Of a stretch of DNA of 63,986 nucleotides, positions 34,506 through 47,059 are shown piece after piece. Each line of letters begins with the position of its first letter. Within the stretch, counting starts at the first letter, position 1. The DNA is taken from contig NC_044037.1 in NCBI RefSeq assembly GCF_901765095.1, positions 104,487,279 to 104,551,264 of the forward strand, given 5' to 3'. The position numbers and the translations under genes were made by a program. The notes below the pieces were generated by a model, which saw only the letters and a list, made by a program, of their open reading frames with translations, searched no databases and was not told the DNA's origin. The stretch is from Microcaecilia unicolor. Lineage: Eukaryota.

Positions 34506-35600
34506 CTAGACAGAGAGACTTTCAAAGATCAATGAATTCCAGGAGGTCCCTAAAGTTGTAAGTTGTAAGCTTTCTCTAATATCCATCACAATATCCATCA
34601 ACCCAGCACAGTTACCACATATATATAGGCAGGAGTTTAATAATCTGTAAATGGAGGCCTTGGCAGTGACTTGTTTCATGCAGGAAACACTTTCCGACAA
34701 CTCACTGATCTCTAATAAACTATAAATTATAAACAATGCCCACGCCTGATTTAAAGTTCTAACCATTGCAGCTGACCCTTTCAACTTCTTATTAACTATT
34801 TTCTTCATTTTGTCATAGTCACCCTTTTGAAAATGGAATACTGCTGCAGTAGATTTCTTTAATGACTTCACTCCAGATATCAGCTCAAATTTGATCATGT
34901 TTTAATCACTGTTTCCCAGCAAATTCAACACTGTTACCTCTCATACCATGCCCTGCATTCCACTAAGGACTAGATCTAAAATGGCTCGCCTTCTTGTCGG
35001 TTCTTGGACCAGTTGCTCCAAGAAGCAGTCATTTATTACATTTAAGCATTTTACCTCCTAGTGCTCCCTGATGTAGCATTTATCCAGTCAATATTGAGGT
35101 AATTGAAATCACCATTATAATGTTGCCCAATTTGCCAGCTTTCCTAATATCTGTAAAGATTTGTTCATCTATCTGTTTGTTCTGTCCTGCAGAAGGCAGT
35201 ACAGCCCTACCAGTATACTCTTTCCCTTCACACATGGAATTTCTATCCACAAGGATTGCACGCTACTATTTGTTTTATTTTGTTTGACTCAGTTCCCTCT
35301 TTAACATATACCACACCTCCCCTCCAATTTGATCCACTCTGTCATTGCAATATAATTTGTACCCTGATAACACAGTGTCCAATTGATTGTCCTCCTTCCA
35401 CCAGGTCTCTGAAATGCCTATTATATCTACCTCTTCATTTAGTGCTATATACTCCAACTCTCCCATCTTATTTTGGGCTTCTAGCATTTGTATATAGACA
35501 CTTCAAATTGTGTTTTTTTTCTAGCATGTACAAGCTGCTTTGAAGTTGACGTGGATAATTTGCATCCTGTACTCTGTTCTTCCATTAAACTGTGGAGACA
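34506..35600 (-). mobile_element. CR1/L2-like LINE fragment (EN domain and post-EN region) on the minus strand.
   Basis: Minus ORFs carry: EN start (35275..35487, ..DIIGISETWW..GYKLYCNDR..GGEVW); EN end GDFNYLNIDW (~35100); and the post-EN segment (34506..34898). Confidence 0.55.
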
Positions 35601-36289
35601 TTTTTTCCTTCTGTGGATTACAACAAAGATCATTTTAGTAACCAGCACATAAGTACAAGCACCCTTTTTAACCCCTCCCTCTTCCTTGCCAAGCAGAGGC
35701 GTAGCCACGGGCGGGCCTGGATGAGCCCAGGCCCAGCCACTTTCCCTCCAGACCCACCCATCCAACATCCTTCGCTTGCTGTCACTGCTTTTTCTCCCGT
35801 GGCTCCGGGTATGGCCGTCCAGGAGGCAGTGTTCAGCGTTGCCTGCCTACCTGCCCTGAAATAATTCTTCTCCCCAGGCTCCGCTGCCTCGGTCCCTACA
35901 TTTTCTTTTTCGCCCGTCGCGCAGCGCTGACATTCACACAGGCAGCTCCGCTCTCCCCTATCGCGTCCATCTGGCCCTACGTAAACAGGAAGTGCATCAG
36001 AGAGGGCTGGATGGATGTGGCAAAGGGGAGCGGAGCTACCTGTGTGAATGGCAGCGCTGTGCAACGGGCAAAAAAGAGAATACAGGGACAGAGGCAGCAG
36101 AGCCTGGGGAGAAGAAGAATTTCAGGGCAGGTAGGCAGGCAATGATGAATGCTGCCTTCCGGACGGACATACCCGGAGCCACTGGAGAAAAGGCAGCGAC
36201 AGCGAGCGAAGGATGTTGGATGGGCGGGCCTGGAGGGCAGAACTAAAGTAAGTGCTGGACCCTTGGGGGGGGAGGACGGGGGGGGGGGC

Positions 36290-36960
36290 TGGAGGGAAGG
36301 GATAGATTTGTCGGACTTGTGGGAGGAAGGGGATTGGAGGGAAGGGAGAGACTTACTGAATGTGGGAGGAAGAGAAAGGAGGGGATCTGAATGGAAGGGA
36401 GAGATTTGCTGGAGGTGGGAGGAAAAGGAGGAGGGGATGGATGGAAGGGAGAGAGCTGTTGGACACATTGGAGCCAACTCTGTGGGTGCTGTGGGTGCTT
36501 GAGAGCCCCAATATTGAGAAAATTCCTTGTATGTGTCCAGGGAGGGGTTATTTTCATTGGGCTTAGCACCCCCAATAATTTTGAAAAGTTGGCTCCTATG
36601 GCTGGACATGGGAGGGAGAGGAGGAAGGGGCTGGAGAGCTGCTGGTCAAGGGAGGAAGAAGGGACTGGAGGGAAGGGAGAGAGCTACTGGACATGGGAGA
36701 AAGAGGAGGAAGGGACTGGAGGGAAGGGAGAGAGCTGCTGGACATGGGAGGAAGAGGAGGAGGGGATCTGGGTGGAAGGGAGAGAGCTGCTGGACATGGG
36801 AGGAAGAGAAGGAGGGGACTGGGTGGAAGGGAGAGAGCTGCTGGATGTGGGAGGAGGTGGCTGGAGAGAATGAGCTGCTGGATGTGGGAGTAAGAGGAGG
36901 AGGGGATCTGGATGGAAGGGAGAGAGCTGCTGGACGTGGGAGGAAGAGGGGGAACAGAAC
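36290..36960. repeat. Minisatellite, ~51-bp unit x ~10 (gggactggagggaagggagagagctgctggacatgggaggaagaggagga), within a 1.3-kb purine-rich block (36150-37460).
   Basis: Directly visible tandem units. The overlapping ORFs (36391..36873, 36527..37075, minus-strand ORFs) are repeat artefacts. Confidence 0.7.
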
Positions 36961-37999
36961 TGGCGGGAAGGGAGAACTGCTGGTACAGCACAAGGAGGGA
37001 GGGAAGGAAGGGAAACAGAGATACCAGACCAAGGACATGAAGGAAAAGGGAACAAATACTAAACCTACAGTGTGAGGGAGGGAGGAAGGGAGGGTGGGGT
37101 GGGTGGCTGGGCAGGCAGAGAATCAAACAACCAAACCAGATGCTGGAAAGGGGAGGGAGTGAGAGGGAGAGAAGCTGGACGGGGTAGGGTCAGAGAGGGT
37201 AGAGATATAATGGCACTGGGGACAAAGCGGGTGGAGAAGCTGGACAGAGAAATATAGGGACGCAGAGAAAGGGAGATACTAAACATGGAGGAAGATAGAG
37301 GTACAGAGATGAAAGAAGATGGATAGTGAACATGGAGAGAGAGTAGAAATATCAAATGGACATGAAACCTTGGTGAGTGAGTTAAGAGAAGACAGAAGGA
37401 TGTAGAAACCAGAGCCTGGGACCAACATGACTTGGAAAAAATAAAATGAGCAGACAACAAAAGGTAGAAAAAAGAATTTTATTTTTCTATTTTGTGACTA
37501 GAATATGTCAGATTTTAAATGTACATCCTGCCAGAGCTGGTATTAGAATATGGCTGGGGCCCACGGCAGATATTTAGGAGGGGACGCCAAAGCTTACTAA
37601 CAGGCTGCACCTTCTTCAGCTTCCAGCTGGCCTGGGGGTTCTCTCTGGCCAGGGGGCCAAACGCAGTTGCCCTAGTTGTACCTCCCCTAACACTGTCTCT
37701 TGCATGTGCTATCATATTTTGCACAGTATAGGAGAAAATGCATCTCTTTGTATTTCTCTGTGCTGTGCTAAATGCAAGGTCTGGCCTCTTGGGATTTTGA
37801 TTTAATTTGTTTATGGTTTGTGGTCACTTATTCTGTATTTGGCATTTGTGTTCTGTGTGTGTGACCGAAGTATTCTGTTTGCATCAATTTTCTATGTAGT
37901 ATTCTATAGTACTTTGGCTTGTTCAGTTTTCTTGATGTATTGATATTTTAGGGCCCCACTGTAATATTTAGGGCATATTTGGGGGAAGCATATGTGTGT

Positions 38000-38239
38000 T
38001 GGCGGACCGTGGCTTAGTGGAGGATGAAGAGTGCTCCCTCTTATATTTCCCCTAGCTCTCAATGTGGCCTGCAGCCACTGAGGCCAGCACTGCTACTCCC
38101 ATTGAAGTTATTGGGAGTGGGGTAGGTGTGCAGTAGGAGTAGGGGCATGGGCAGGGCATATCAGGTGCAGGTGTTTCTCTAGTGCCCGTCCATCCAACCT
38201 GTTGGCGCACCCAAAAATTGCCTTCTGTCTATGCCACTG
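38000..38239. repeat. 3' fragment of a CAGTGGCGTAGCC-family hAT MITE (inverted relative to the copy at 60625).
   Basis: 38190-38239 ..acctgttggcgcacccaaaaattgccttctgtctatgccactg is the reverse complement of 60625-60670. The interior matches 60700-60830. Confidence 0.5.
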
Positions 38240-39053
38240 TTGCCAAGTAATTGGAAGGCAATGAGTCATGCAATTCACTGTTTTCGACACATGTGTTAAA
38301 AGAGGCCATTTGGAGATTAGTTGGTTTCAGGAGGTTTTTCCATCTGCGGAGAACTAATTGCCCTATGAAGAGATGGACACGGGAGGAGGTGATAGGCAAT
38401 CCTGGCAGGCCCAAGACAAGGGAAAAAAAACATAGTGTAAGAATAAGACTCTGTAAGAATAGGACCCTGACCTTTTGAACTGACATTAGAAGTTTCTACT
38501 GAGAATGTATGTTAGCTGTTTTCAATTTTAATTTCTTTTAAACATTATTTATTAGTGTTGTTTTTTTTATTGTTTTATGATAAAGCAACCCCCTTCCTCT
38601 TTATTAAAAAGAGGCCCTTTTAAAATGGGTTTCTTAGTGGATTTTATAAAAATATTTTTTTTGTAGTAGCTGACCCTGATGCAGTTGACAATCAGTTATA
38701 ACCATGGGAAACACTGTTTTTTTTATGATGGCTGCTTTACTGGTGTCTTCTATATATATAATAGATTGCTAGCCTTGTGTAGATGTTTCTGAGCATTTTA
38801 AGGTAAGAAAAGAGGCTATTTCTTGCTCGGTGTATACTGTTTGAATTATGGATCCTTTTTATTTTGAGTGGAGATGTTTGTTTCTTGTATTTTGTGGCTA
38901 CAATTCCTTTCTACAGGTAGACGTGACTATGCAGCATTTTAACTCCTTGAATACTATGACAGGTTTGCCCTGATATTGGCATGTCTGTTTATCTTTTCAA
39001 AGTTTTAGCCTGGGTAATTAGATTGAATAATTGTAAGCATTCAAGGAGGAAGC

Positions 39054-39178
39054 TATCAATGTGAGCTACTGTTAAGTCAGGTTATTTTACCACAAGGCCT
39101 CACTGCATAAAATGGAACCCTCTGCTAAAATAACCCGATGTGGTATACCCTGACTTAACAGTAGCCCACATTGATAAC
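39054..39178. repeat. Small palindromic MITE (~125 bp).
   Basis: Arms tatcaatgtgagctactgttaagtcagg / cctgacttaacagtagcccacattgata. Partial relative at 27590-27670. Confidence 0.4.
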
Positions 39179-40289
39179 TTCCCCCTAAGTAATGTTTTAA
39201 GTAGTGAAAGTGTTGTGCTTTGGATTCCCTGTAACACACTTGTAGTTTGACTAAGGGACCTTTTTACTAAACCATGGTCAAATTTGCACTTATCGTGGCA
39301 TATGTCAAGACTCTTGTTAACTTAAAGTCTGAATATCTTGGAGTATAACCTTGGCACACCAGCGCACACCTGAAGTCTCTATTATTTTTCTGAAGTTTCC
39401 TTTATTGCTTAAATACAGATAATTTACTCAGTCAGATGTTCAGAAGTGTTGCCCCAGGGCACAGAGACTCTGTAATTCTGAGAGCTGTAGCAGTGGTTAG
39501 AGGTAGACGTCTGAAGAGAAACAGCTTTATTGCAGAGGTAAGAAATAGCTGAACAGATGGAAGTGGCTCAGAGCTGGGTGACTGGAGTGTGCAATATCTC
39601 ATTAGGGAGATATTTTCAAGGTAAAAAACCAAGTTCGTTCCAGGGAGTTTGAAGCAGGACAAGTGCTGGTCTGGAGAATGCCTCATGGTGAGAGGGACAG
39701 GGAGGTCAAGAAGGCTTATGCAGGTTCAGAGAGGAGGAGGTAAAGGCCAATGGGAACAGAGCTTGCCACTGGGTGGCAAGGGTGGTCCTAGAGGACGGCC
39801 TTCGATTGGAGGGAAAGGTCATACCTGGCTGACCTCTCAGGACAGAGATAGTAAGAATGACCAGGAAATGATAGCAGGTAGAGAAAGGAGCCAAGCTTGG
39901 CTGAGAAAGAGAGGAAGTCTAGGCAGCAGCACAACCAATAGTACAGTTCTTATACAGATATGCAAGTGTGGCTGAATTGCCTGTGAACTACATTACACAC
40001 AATGCATTGCTCATGTACCTTTGCAGTGAGAACTGCAGCAATGAAAGTCCTTAGAAATGAGAATAACAGTAAAGGCATTAAACACATTATAGGATCACAT
40101 TATAAACTAATGCGAGGCTGTCAGAGGTCAGAACAGCATAACATGGGATTTTACTGCATGGTGGTTAAAAATTTGAACTGCACTTATTGGGGGCATTTTC
40201 ACTGTTTTTTTGTTATTGCAGGTTGTGCATTAATGTTCCAAATAGTCTGCAGTTCCTGCCGAAAATTAACATGGGACCACTTACCGTCT

Positions 40290-41000
40290 CCTATTTAGGA
40301 GCTCCCACTTTTTCCTTTTGATCATAGCCCGTATAACACTTTCACCATTGATCAGGCTTCTTATCCTTTGGAAACTAATCTAAAGATATTAGGGGTAACT
40401 TTTGAATCTCAGATATCCTCTGTAATCTCCAAATCTTTTAAGACCCTTTGGAAACTGAAACGCATAAGATCCTTCTTTTCCTCCAATATCTTCAGGTTGC
40501 TTGTACAGTCTAGTCTTAACTCAACTTGATTACTGTAACTCCATTTACACTGGCTGCATGGTGGGCTTTCTGAAACAACTGCAGACTGCTCACAATACGG
40601 CACTTAGATTTGTCTTCCGAGTACTGTGTTTTGATAGGGCCTCCCCTTTATTACTTAAGTTGCATTGGCTCCCCATAAAAGCAAGGATTATATTTAAACT
40701 CTGTATTTTCATCTTTCAAATATTATATGGTGTAGCACCGGATTATATGCAACCGTTGATTAAACTTCCTCTGCCCAATGCCTCGCCTGGTGCAAGGAAC
40801 TACCTGAGACTACATTTTCTGAACTGCAAGAAAGTGATTTAGAGATTAGTACATTCTGCCAATTTTACCTATCAGGGCACCAAGCGGTGGAACTCTCTGC
40901 CAGTGGCCATTAGAAGTCAACAAGATTACTTGAAATTTCACAAGGCTCTGAAATCTTACCTCTTTGCTAAGTTTTTATTAAGACAAAAAGGCCCTTTAAA
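40290..41000 (+). mobile_element. Copy of the interspersed repeat family bearing the conserved ORF-like segment (same family as 9863-10725).
   Basis: ORF 40501..40842 (..LLKLHWLPIKARIIFKL..YGVAPDYM..) aligns with ORF 10098..10676. Downstream is a ..WNSLP..LKFHKALKSYLF.. tail-like segment. Confidence 0.5.
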
Positions 41001-41533
41001 CTTAACCCAGTTTTGTTGCCAGGTTCTGCACATTTCCTGTATATTTTTGCCTTGTGTATTATCTTCCTAAATGTTTTTTCTGCTTACTTTGTATTTAACG
41101 TATTGTTAGTGCAGTTATGACTTTCTCTGTTTAACTGTTTATTTAATTCTTTTCTTTGATTGTAAGACATCTTTTTTTCATTTTGGGTAAGGATTTTTGG
41201 ATGCATTTTTATGTAAAGATGATATAGAAAGTTTCTTTTCTACTTATTTTTCCGTTTTTCTTTTAGATATTTTCATTTTATGTTTGATTTTTGTTTTGTT
41301 TCTTCATCTTGTTTAGGCATTGAATTCATAGTGGGCATTTAGATTATCCTTTTGTTTTCAGCATCTTGTTTTTTTCAAGTAAGACCCCTGAGACAGGCAT
41401 TGGCTGAAACATGTTGGGCATCTGATCCATGTTGGACTGTTTTCAAATGAAAAATATGATGTTTTTATTTTAAATATGTATTCATGTTCTGATTTTATAT
41501 GCCTGATTTTATACCCTAGACACAATGCCTTAC

Positions 41534-41635
41534 CCCCATTTACTAAGCCGCTCTAGTGGCTGCCATGCGCTAATGTCGACACAGCCCACTTTGAATGGGC
41601 TGTGTTGGCATTGCCACACAGCTTAGTAAATGGGG
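41534..41635. repeat. Small palindromic MITE (~100 bp) with termini CCCCATTTACTAAGC / GCTTAGTAAATGGGG.
   Basis: Near-perfect inverted termini, followed by a (g)n tract. Confidence 0.4.
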
Positions 41636-43642
41636 TGGTGGTGGGGGGGGGGGTTAATCTTACTCACTGACATAGTAAATCTCACTTAGGGATGGGGTAC
41701 CTTTGCCATCTTTGTCCTTTAACCTTTATCTTCTCATCCCTAGTTCTGGTGTCTTCTTTCTCTTGAAAGAAGCCGATTTTTTGCAAGTTTATATTTTGGA
41801 GATATTTAAATGTCTCTCTCTTGCTTATTGCCCTTTTCCTTCCTCTTATCCATGGTATACATATTCAGATTTTTGTCTGTCCCTATGTGCATCATGATGA
41901 AGAATATTGACCATTTTAGTAGCTCTTTTTTGGACTATCTCCAAAAGTTTGTATCTTTTTATGGCCATCTTTAAAATCATCAGATGTGATCACCCCAAGA
42001 TCCCTGTCTTTCATGCACAGAACTTCACTATACTGTATTACTTCCTTGGAATTTTGCACTTTTAGAGTTAAATCTAGCTGCCATACCTGTAGCTTTGTTT
42101 GATCCCTCCTCATCCTTTCCACACCTTTCACAATGTGTACCCTGTTGCAGATTTTGGCAAAATTTTCCCAATAGCCTCTTTGCAATGTCACTTATAAAAC
42201 TATTGAAAAGAAAAGAATCAAGGACCAGTTCCTGTAGCACACCATTAGTAATGCCTCTATTCTCAGACTGAACTCCATGTACTACTACCCTTTGTCACCT
42301 CCCACTCAAGTAGGCTACTGCTTTTCCATTGTCCCAGGAAATCCTCACCACCGCCTGTCTCCAAAAAGAGGGGTGTGAGAGGAGAGAGACAGATCTCTGC
42401 ATTTCCTGATGAGAGGGCAGCCGGAGAGGTACAATGTGTTAAACCCTCAAAACTGACAAGCCTCCTGCCTGTCCCAAGTTCACAGCTCTCCTCCATCCAC
42501 TCTCACCCCTATGCCACCAGATCCGAGGTTAACCTAAGAGGCAGGTCTGGCAAAGTACATGAAGTAGTGGCAAGAGTTTTAGTTTGCAGTGTAAAGGACC
42601 CGATGAATGAAAAAACTTGTTCACCCTCTTTAACTACCAGATTTCTGGTAAACTGCATGGGTGAATTATATTTCTGAGGGTCTTACGTGTTTAATTTTAA
42701 ATGATTACACTGTATATGCACATCATTGTATAAGTTATGTGATTGACTTTGATTCCCTTGGTTTGTGGATATTATATCCACAAAGAAAAAGGCAAATTCT
42801 AGAAAGGTCTTTCTGATCACTCTCTTTCCTGCCTGTTGATGGACCACCTGGCTACGTGGATGCTCCAGAAGCCATGTGCCACTCAGCCCTGGCAATGCCC
42901 TTCCAAAGTGAAGAAACTTGTATCTGTTATCCATAAGCAGACTCCAGATTGAATCCTTTTCCAAATATTCCTCTGTAAGCCTCCAGGATAGGCTGGCTAT
43001 AGTCTCCACTTGTGAAGGTAATTCTTGGAAATATTGTGTAGACTAGGATGACATTGGGACCTCTGTCATGGGCTGCATCTGAACACTCATGGGACTAGTT
43101 CTAGTACTTGCAGGTAGTTCAAGATACCAGGACAATTGCAAGATTTCTATACTTAAGACTAGAGGCTGACCAAATTGTGATTTTGGTCCCAAAACCGGTC
43201 CAGAATTTGTGTATGGCCTTGGTTTGGTTTCAGCCAAACATGCAACAGAAACTGAGCTGCATAGCCTCCCTTACCTTACTCCCCTGACCAGAAAGAGCCC
43301 CTCTCTTGGCCTCACTCATTGGTGGAAGCTCCCTTCCCAGGCCTACCCTGTCATTAATTGCTAGTGGGACAGGAGCGATCCCCACTTGATCCTACCAACC
43401 TCGTGCAATGTTAGATAATATATATTCTATTCTCCACCAATTACCTATAAGGTAATATGATAAGAATAAGAATATGTAAGAAAAGGGGGAATTAAATACT
43501 ATATTTGTTGAATTACATTAACCTGCACTGCAAGGTTTAAGGACATGTGCTAGGAACATAAAGACCATATATTTAACTTTAAAATGTTTATTTACAATAC
43601 AGGTAATCTAATATAATAAAACGCACCGTGAACGTTCTGAAG

Positions 43643-44712
43643 ACAACGTTCTGAAGCCACTCAAACACTCCCTGTAGGGTTCGTGGATTCGTGGTGTGAA
43701 GCCAGCCAGCCGTCTCTGCCCCGCCCTCGCGTCAAACGTCATGACGTCGAGGGCGGAAAAAAAAACAAACAATTCCGGCAGCGTCAGGGAAGGAGGCGGC
43801 GCTCCCGACGTCTCTAGCCTTCCCTTCGCTGTGTTCCGCCTTCTTCTGACGTCAAGGATGACGTCAGAAGAAGGCGGAACACAGCGAAGGGAAGCCTAGA
43901 TGTCGGGAGCGCCGCCTCCTTCCCTGACGCTACGCTGCTGGAACCGCCACGGAGGTAAATTTAAAAAGAAGAAAAAAAAAAGGGGATGTTGGGGGGAGAG
44001 AAGAGGGTGGGCAGTAAAGTTGAACAATGGGAGCGGGAGGGCAGGGGAGAAACGACAGCATGGATGCGAAAGGGGGGGAGAAGAGGGCGGGCCAGGCTGG
44101 GTCATGGGAGAGAGAGGAGCATGGATGCGAGGGGGGGTCATGGAAGGGAGAGAGGGGACTTGCTGGAAAAGGATGAATGGAGGTGACAGAGGAGCATGGA
44201 TGGGCATGGATTGGGAGGGCAGGGCTCAGGGAGAGAGGGGAATTGCTGGAAAAGGATGAATGGAGGGGGCAGGGGACAGATGGGCATGGATTGGGAGGGC
44301 AGGGCTCACACTCTCTCTCTCATATACAATGTCTTTCTGACTCTCACTCTCACACACTCTGTCTCACACTGTATCACATTCACTCTCTATGTGCCACACA
44401 GTCACTCACACACTCGCTTGGTCTCATACACTCACTCTCACAGAGAATCTGTGTCTCACACACACTCTCTCTCTCGCCCACACACACACACTCTCTCTCT
44501 CACACTGTGTCTCACATACACACTTGCACACACTCTCATTCTCACACACACACTGTCTCACAAACACACTCACACCCAGACTCACTCTCTCTCTCACACA
44601 CTCACACTCACACTTTCACTCTGATTCTCAAACAGTCACTCTCACATACACTCTCCCAAACATACACACTCCGAGGAAAACCTTGCTAGCGCCCGTTTCA
44701 TTTGTGTCAGAA
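43643..44712 (+). repeat. Unclassified non-autonomous repeat family, copy 1. It has a conserved ~120-bp 5' region with direct repeat aacgttctgaag x2 and a palindrome, a variable interior (AG-rich tandem repeats plus a CA/CT-rich tract at 44290-44690), and a conserved 3' hairpin + T-tract.
   Basis: 5' ataataaaacgcacc.tgaacgttctgaagacaacgttctgaag...ctctgccccgccctcgcgtcaaacgtcatgacgtcgagggcgg. 3' tgctagcgcccgtttcatttgtgtcagaaacgggccttttttactagt. The same termini occur at 55416-56097. There is a 130-bp near-perfect palindrome at ~43790-43920. Confidence 0.5.
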
Positions 44713-47059
44713 ACGGGCCTTTTTTACTAGTGTAATAATGTTACAAGGGAGAGGCAGTTTTTCAGAATCTTTCACAAAGAAAATGTGCTTTTCAAGATAT
44801 CAAGTCTGAATTATATATTATGCTGGATAATGGTAACTCACTTTGATAGAGGCTGCTGGGTGGAGTGGCGGAGATCTTTGCTGAAACAGAAGTCTTTTGT
44901 TGCAGAGTTGTTGTTGTTGGAGCCTGGAGAAAGTCTTATCCAGGTGTGTGTGAAGTCCAGCAGAGTGGCAGGAGGCAGATCCCAAGAGCGAGAGCTGGGC
45001 ATTTTCCAGGCTTTTTATATTTTCTTGCTGGACCTTAGGCTGAAGTCAGGTGGGGTGTCTGAGAACTGGCTTCATCTGGTTTTGAGATGGGGCATGGTAC
45101 GGTATCATAAGACTTTCTGTCTGGACATTTGCTGTGATATACACATCCATTGTCTGAGAGTAAGTTGGCTTCTTTTGTCTGATTAGATAGGTTGATGGGC
45201 TTTTCAGTCTGAGTCATTGTCTGAGAATAGGTGGAGCTTCACTGTCTTTGGTTAACTGTAGTCTCTGTGATTGCAGTCCATTTTCAGAGTTTTGTTCTTT
45301 GGAGATGTGTTGATGGGCTTAGGTATCCACCCAGCTAGTTTTTGTTATCAGTAGTTTCCAGGGGAGAAGGGGGAGATGAAAGCCAGACCAGTTTATCTGA
45401 TTCTGTCCCAATAAGTCTTTGCAGCTATATTTATTTTATATATAAATTTGTATCTGATCCAGCAAAATCAATAACTCTGACAATTAAACTCATATCATGC
45501 TACAGCAAGACCCCCCACTGGAGGTCCTGGATGCAATTTTGACACAGGATCTAGCATGGACAGGAGCAAGTGGGGACTGCTTGTGCCCCCACATGCCACC
45601 ATCAATGTGGTAGGCCCAGGAGGGGGGCTGTCACCTATGGGTGGGTCCAGGATGAGGGGGGGGGTCTTTCTGGTCAGGAGGTCGTGAGGGAGGGACTACA
45701 TGCTGTTCAGGGCTAGTTTCATTTTCAAACTGAGTGGCCAATTTTGACTTCAGATTTTGTTTCAGCTAAAACCAGAAATCCTGGTTTTGGTTGGGATCTA
45801 CTGGAGACTGTAGCTTTCTTATGGGTTGAATAGAGGCCCCAGATGTACAGTAAACCGAGAAGTGATTAGTTTGCTTTTGGAAGAATTTACCACCCTTCCC
45901 AGCATTAACCTGGAGGTGACATTTCAGCTTTTTTTTTGCTGACTTTGCCCAAATCATCCAATTATCCAGATAAAGGTACACTAGATTCCCTCATGTAGAG
46001 CTACTGCTACTAGCAACTACTACCTTGGAAACTGTTTGTAGTACCATAGGCAGACTGAATGGTATGGCCTGAAGCAGAAAGTGTTTTCCCAAGACACTGA
46101 ACCTGAAGAAACTTTGATGTGCAATTCTGAATATAAAGATAGGTGTCTGTTTTCCACACCTGGATCTCATATCCTTGTCTCACAGCCACTATCAGTAGAA
46201 AATGGTCCTAGGCATCTACCCAGTTGCATCTGAGTGGACCCCTAAACACTGAGAGTTTCTTGTACTTCCTGTGCTTCTATCCCTACTAGCCTGCTTGCCT
46301 CCATCAGAGGACTATCCCCTCCTAAAGAATCAGTTGTGTGGAGGAATTGCATTTCTTCCTGGACTATACCTGATCCCCTGACTCTACCTTTCATTAGTTA
46401 GGAACATGAAGAAGTCCAGGCCTTATCCCCACAGCAACTTCCTTGGAGCTTTAGCACACCTAAGTCTTTCACTAGCTTCTCTAGCTTCCCCATGAAGGGT
46501 AATTGCTCAGGAGTGCCTCAGATGCTGTTTCCACAATCCCATTCCCTTTGTCACAGTAGCTAATGGGCTGTTACTTCCATGAAAATGTTACTTGCAGATT
46601 TTTGCTTGCGATCATAGAGCATCCACAGGAAGGTGGTACCCACTTCCAACCAAGATGTCTCTTTTAAAGCCACGCTGGACTCCCCAAATGCTTCCTCTGG
46701 GAATTGTTGGATTCAGCATAGACAAGATATGCAGAGTCAAACCAGACTATCAAAATTGAACCACAAGCTTTTTACTTTGCATGTCTTTTAAGCACTGTAT
46801 TGCCTTCAGGAACAGTAGTGTCCTGTCCACATGACTGCTGTCACTGAGGCAACACTAGAATTATATTTTTATATGGAAAATAGTAAGGGAAAATATCTAA
46901 GTCCAACTCTGCATTCATTGTTGGGTTGTTTCTACAGCTCTGAGGTAAAGATAATTGGAGATGAAGGCATTCTATCAGGGGTTCTGTCACATTCAATATC
47001 ATTTTGGGTTATCAACAGAGCCCAGGCTTCACTTCCCTATGGCACTTGTTAAATGATAC

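Noticed and set aside
42683-43009. 108-aa minus-strand ORF and neighbouring short ORFs in 41900-43300.
   Set aside because: No recognisable domain or repeat homology within the window. The length is within random expectation for AT-moderate sequence.
44670-44712. Stem-loop followed by a T-tract (gcccgtttcatttgtgtcagaaacgggcctttttt), also at 56060-56097. It resembles a bacterial rho-independent terminator.
   Set aside because: The surrounding sequence is clearly eukaryotic repeat DNA. It is the conserved 3' terminus of a repeat family (possibly a Pol III-type terminator), not a prokaryotic terminator.
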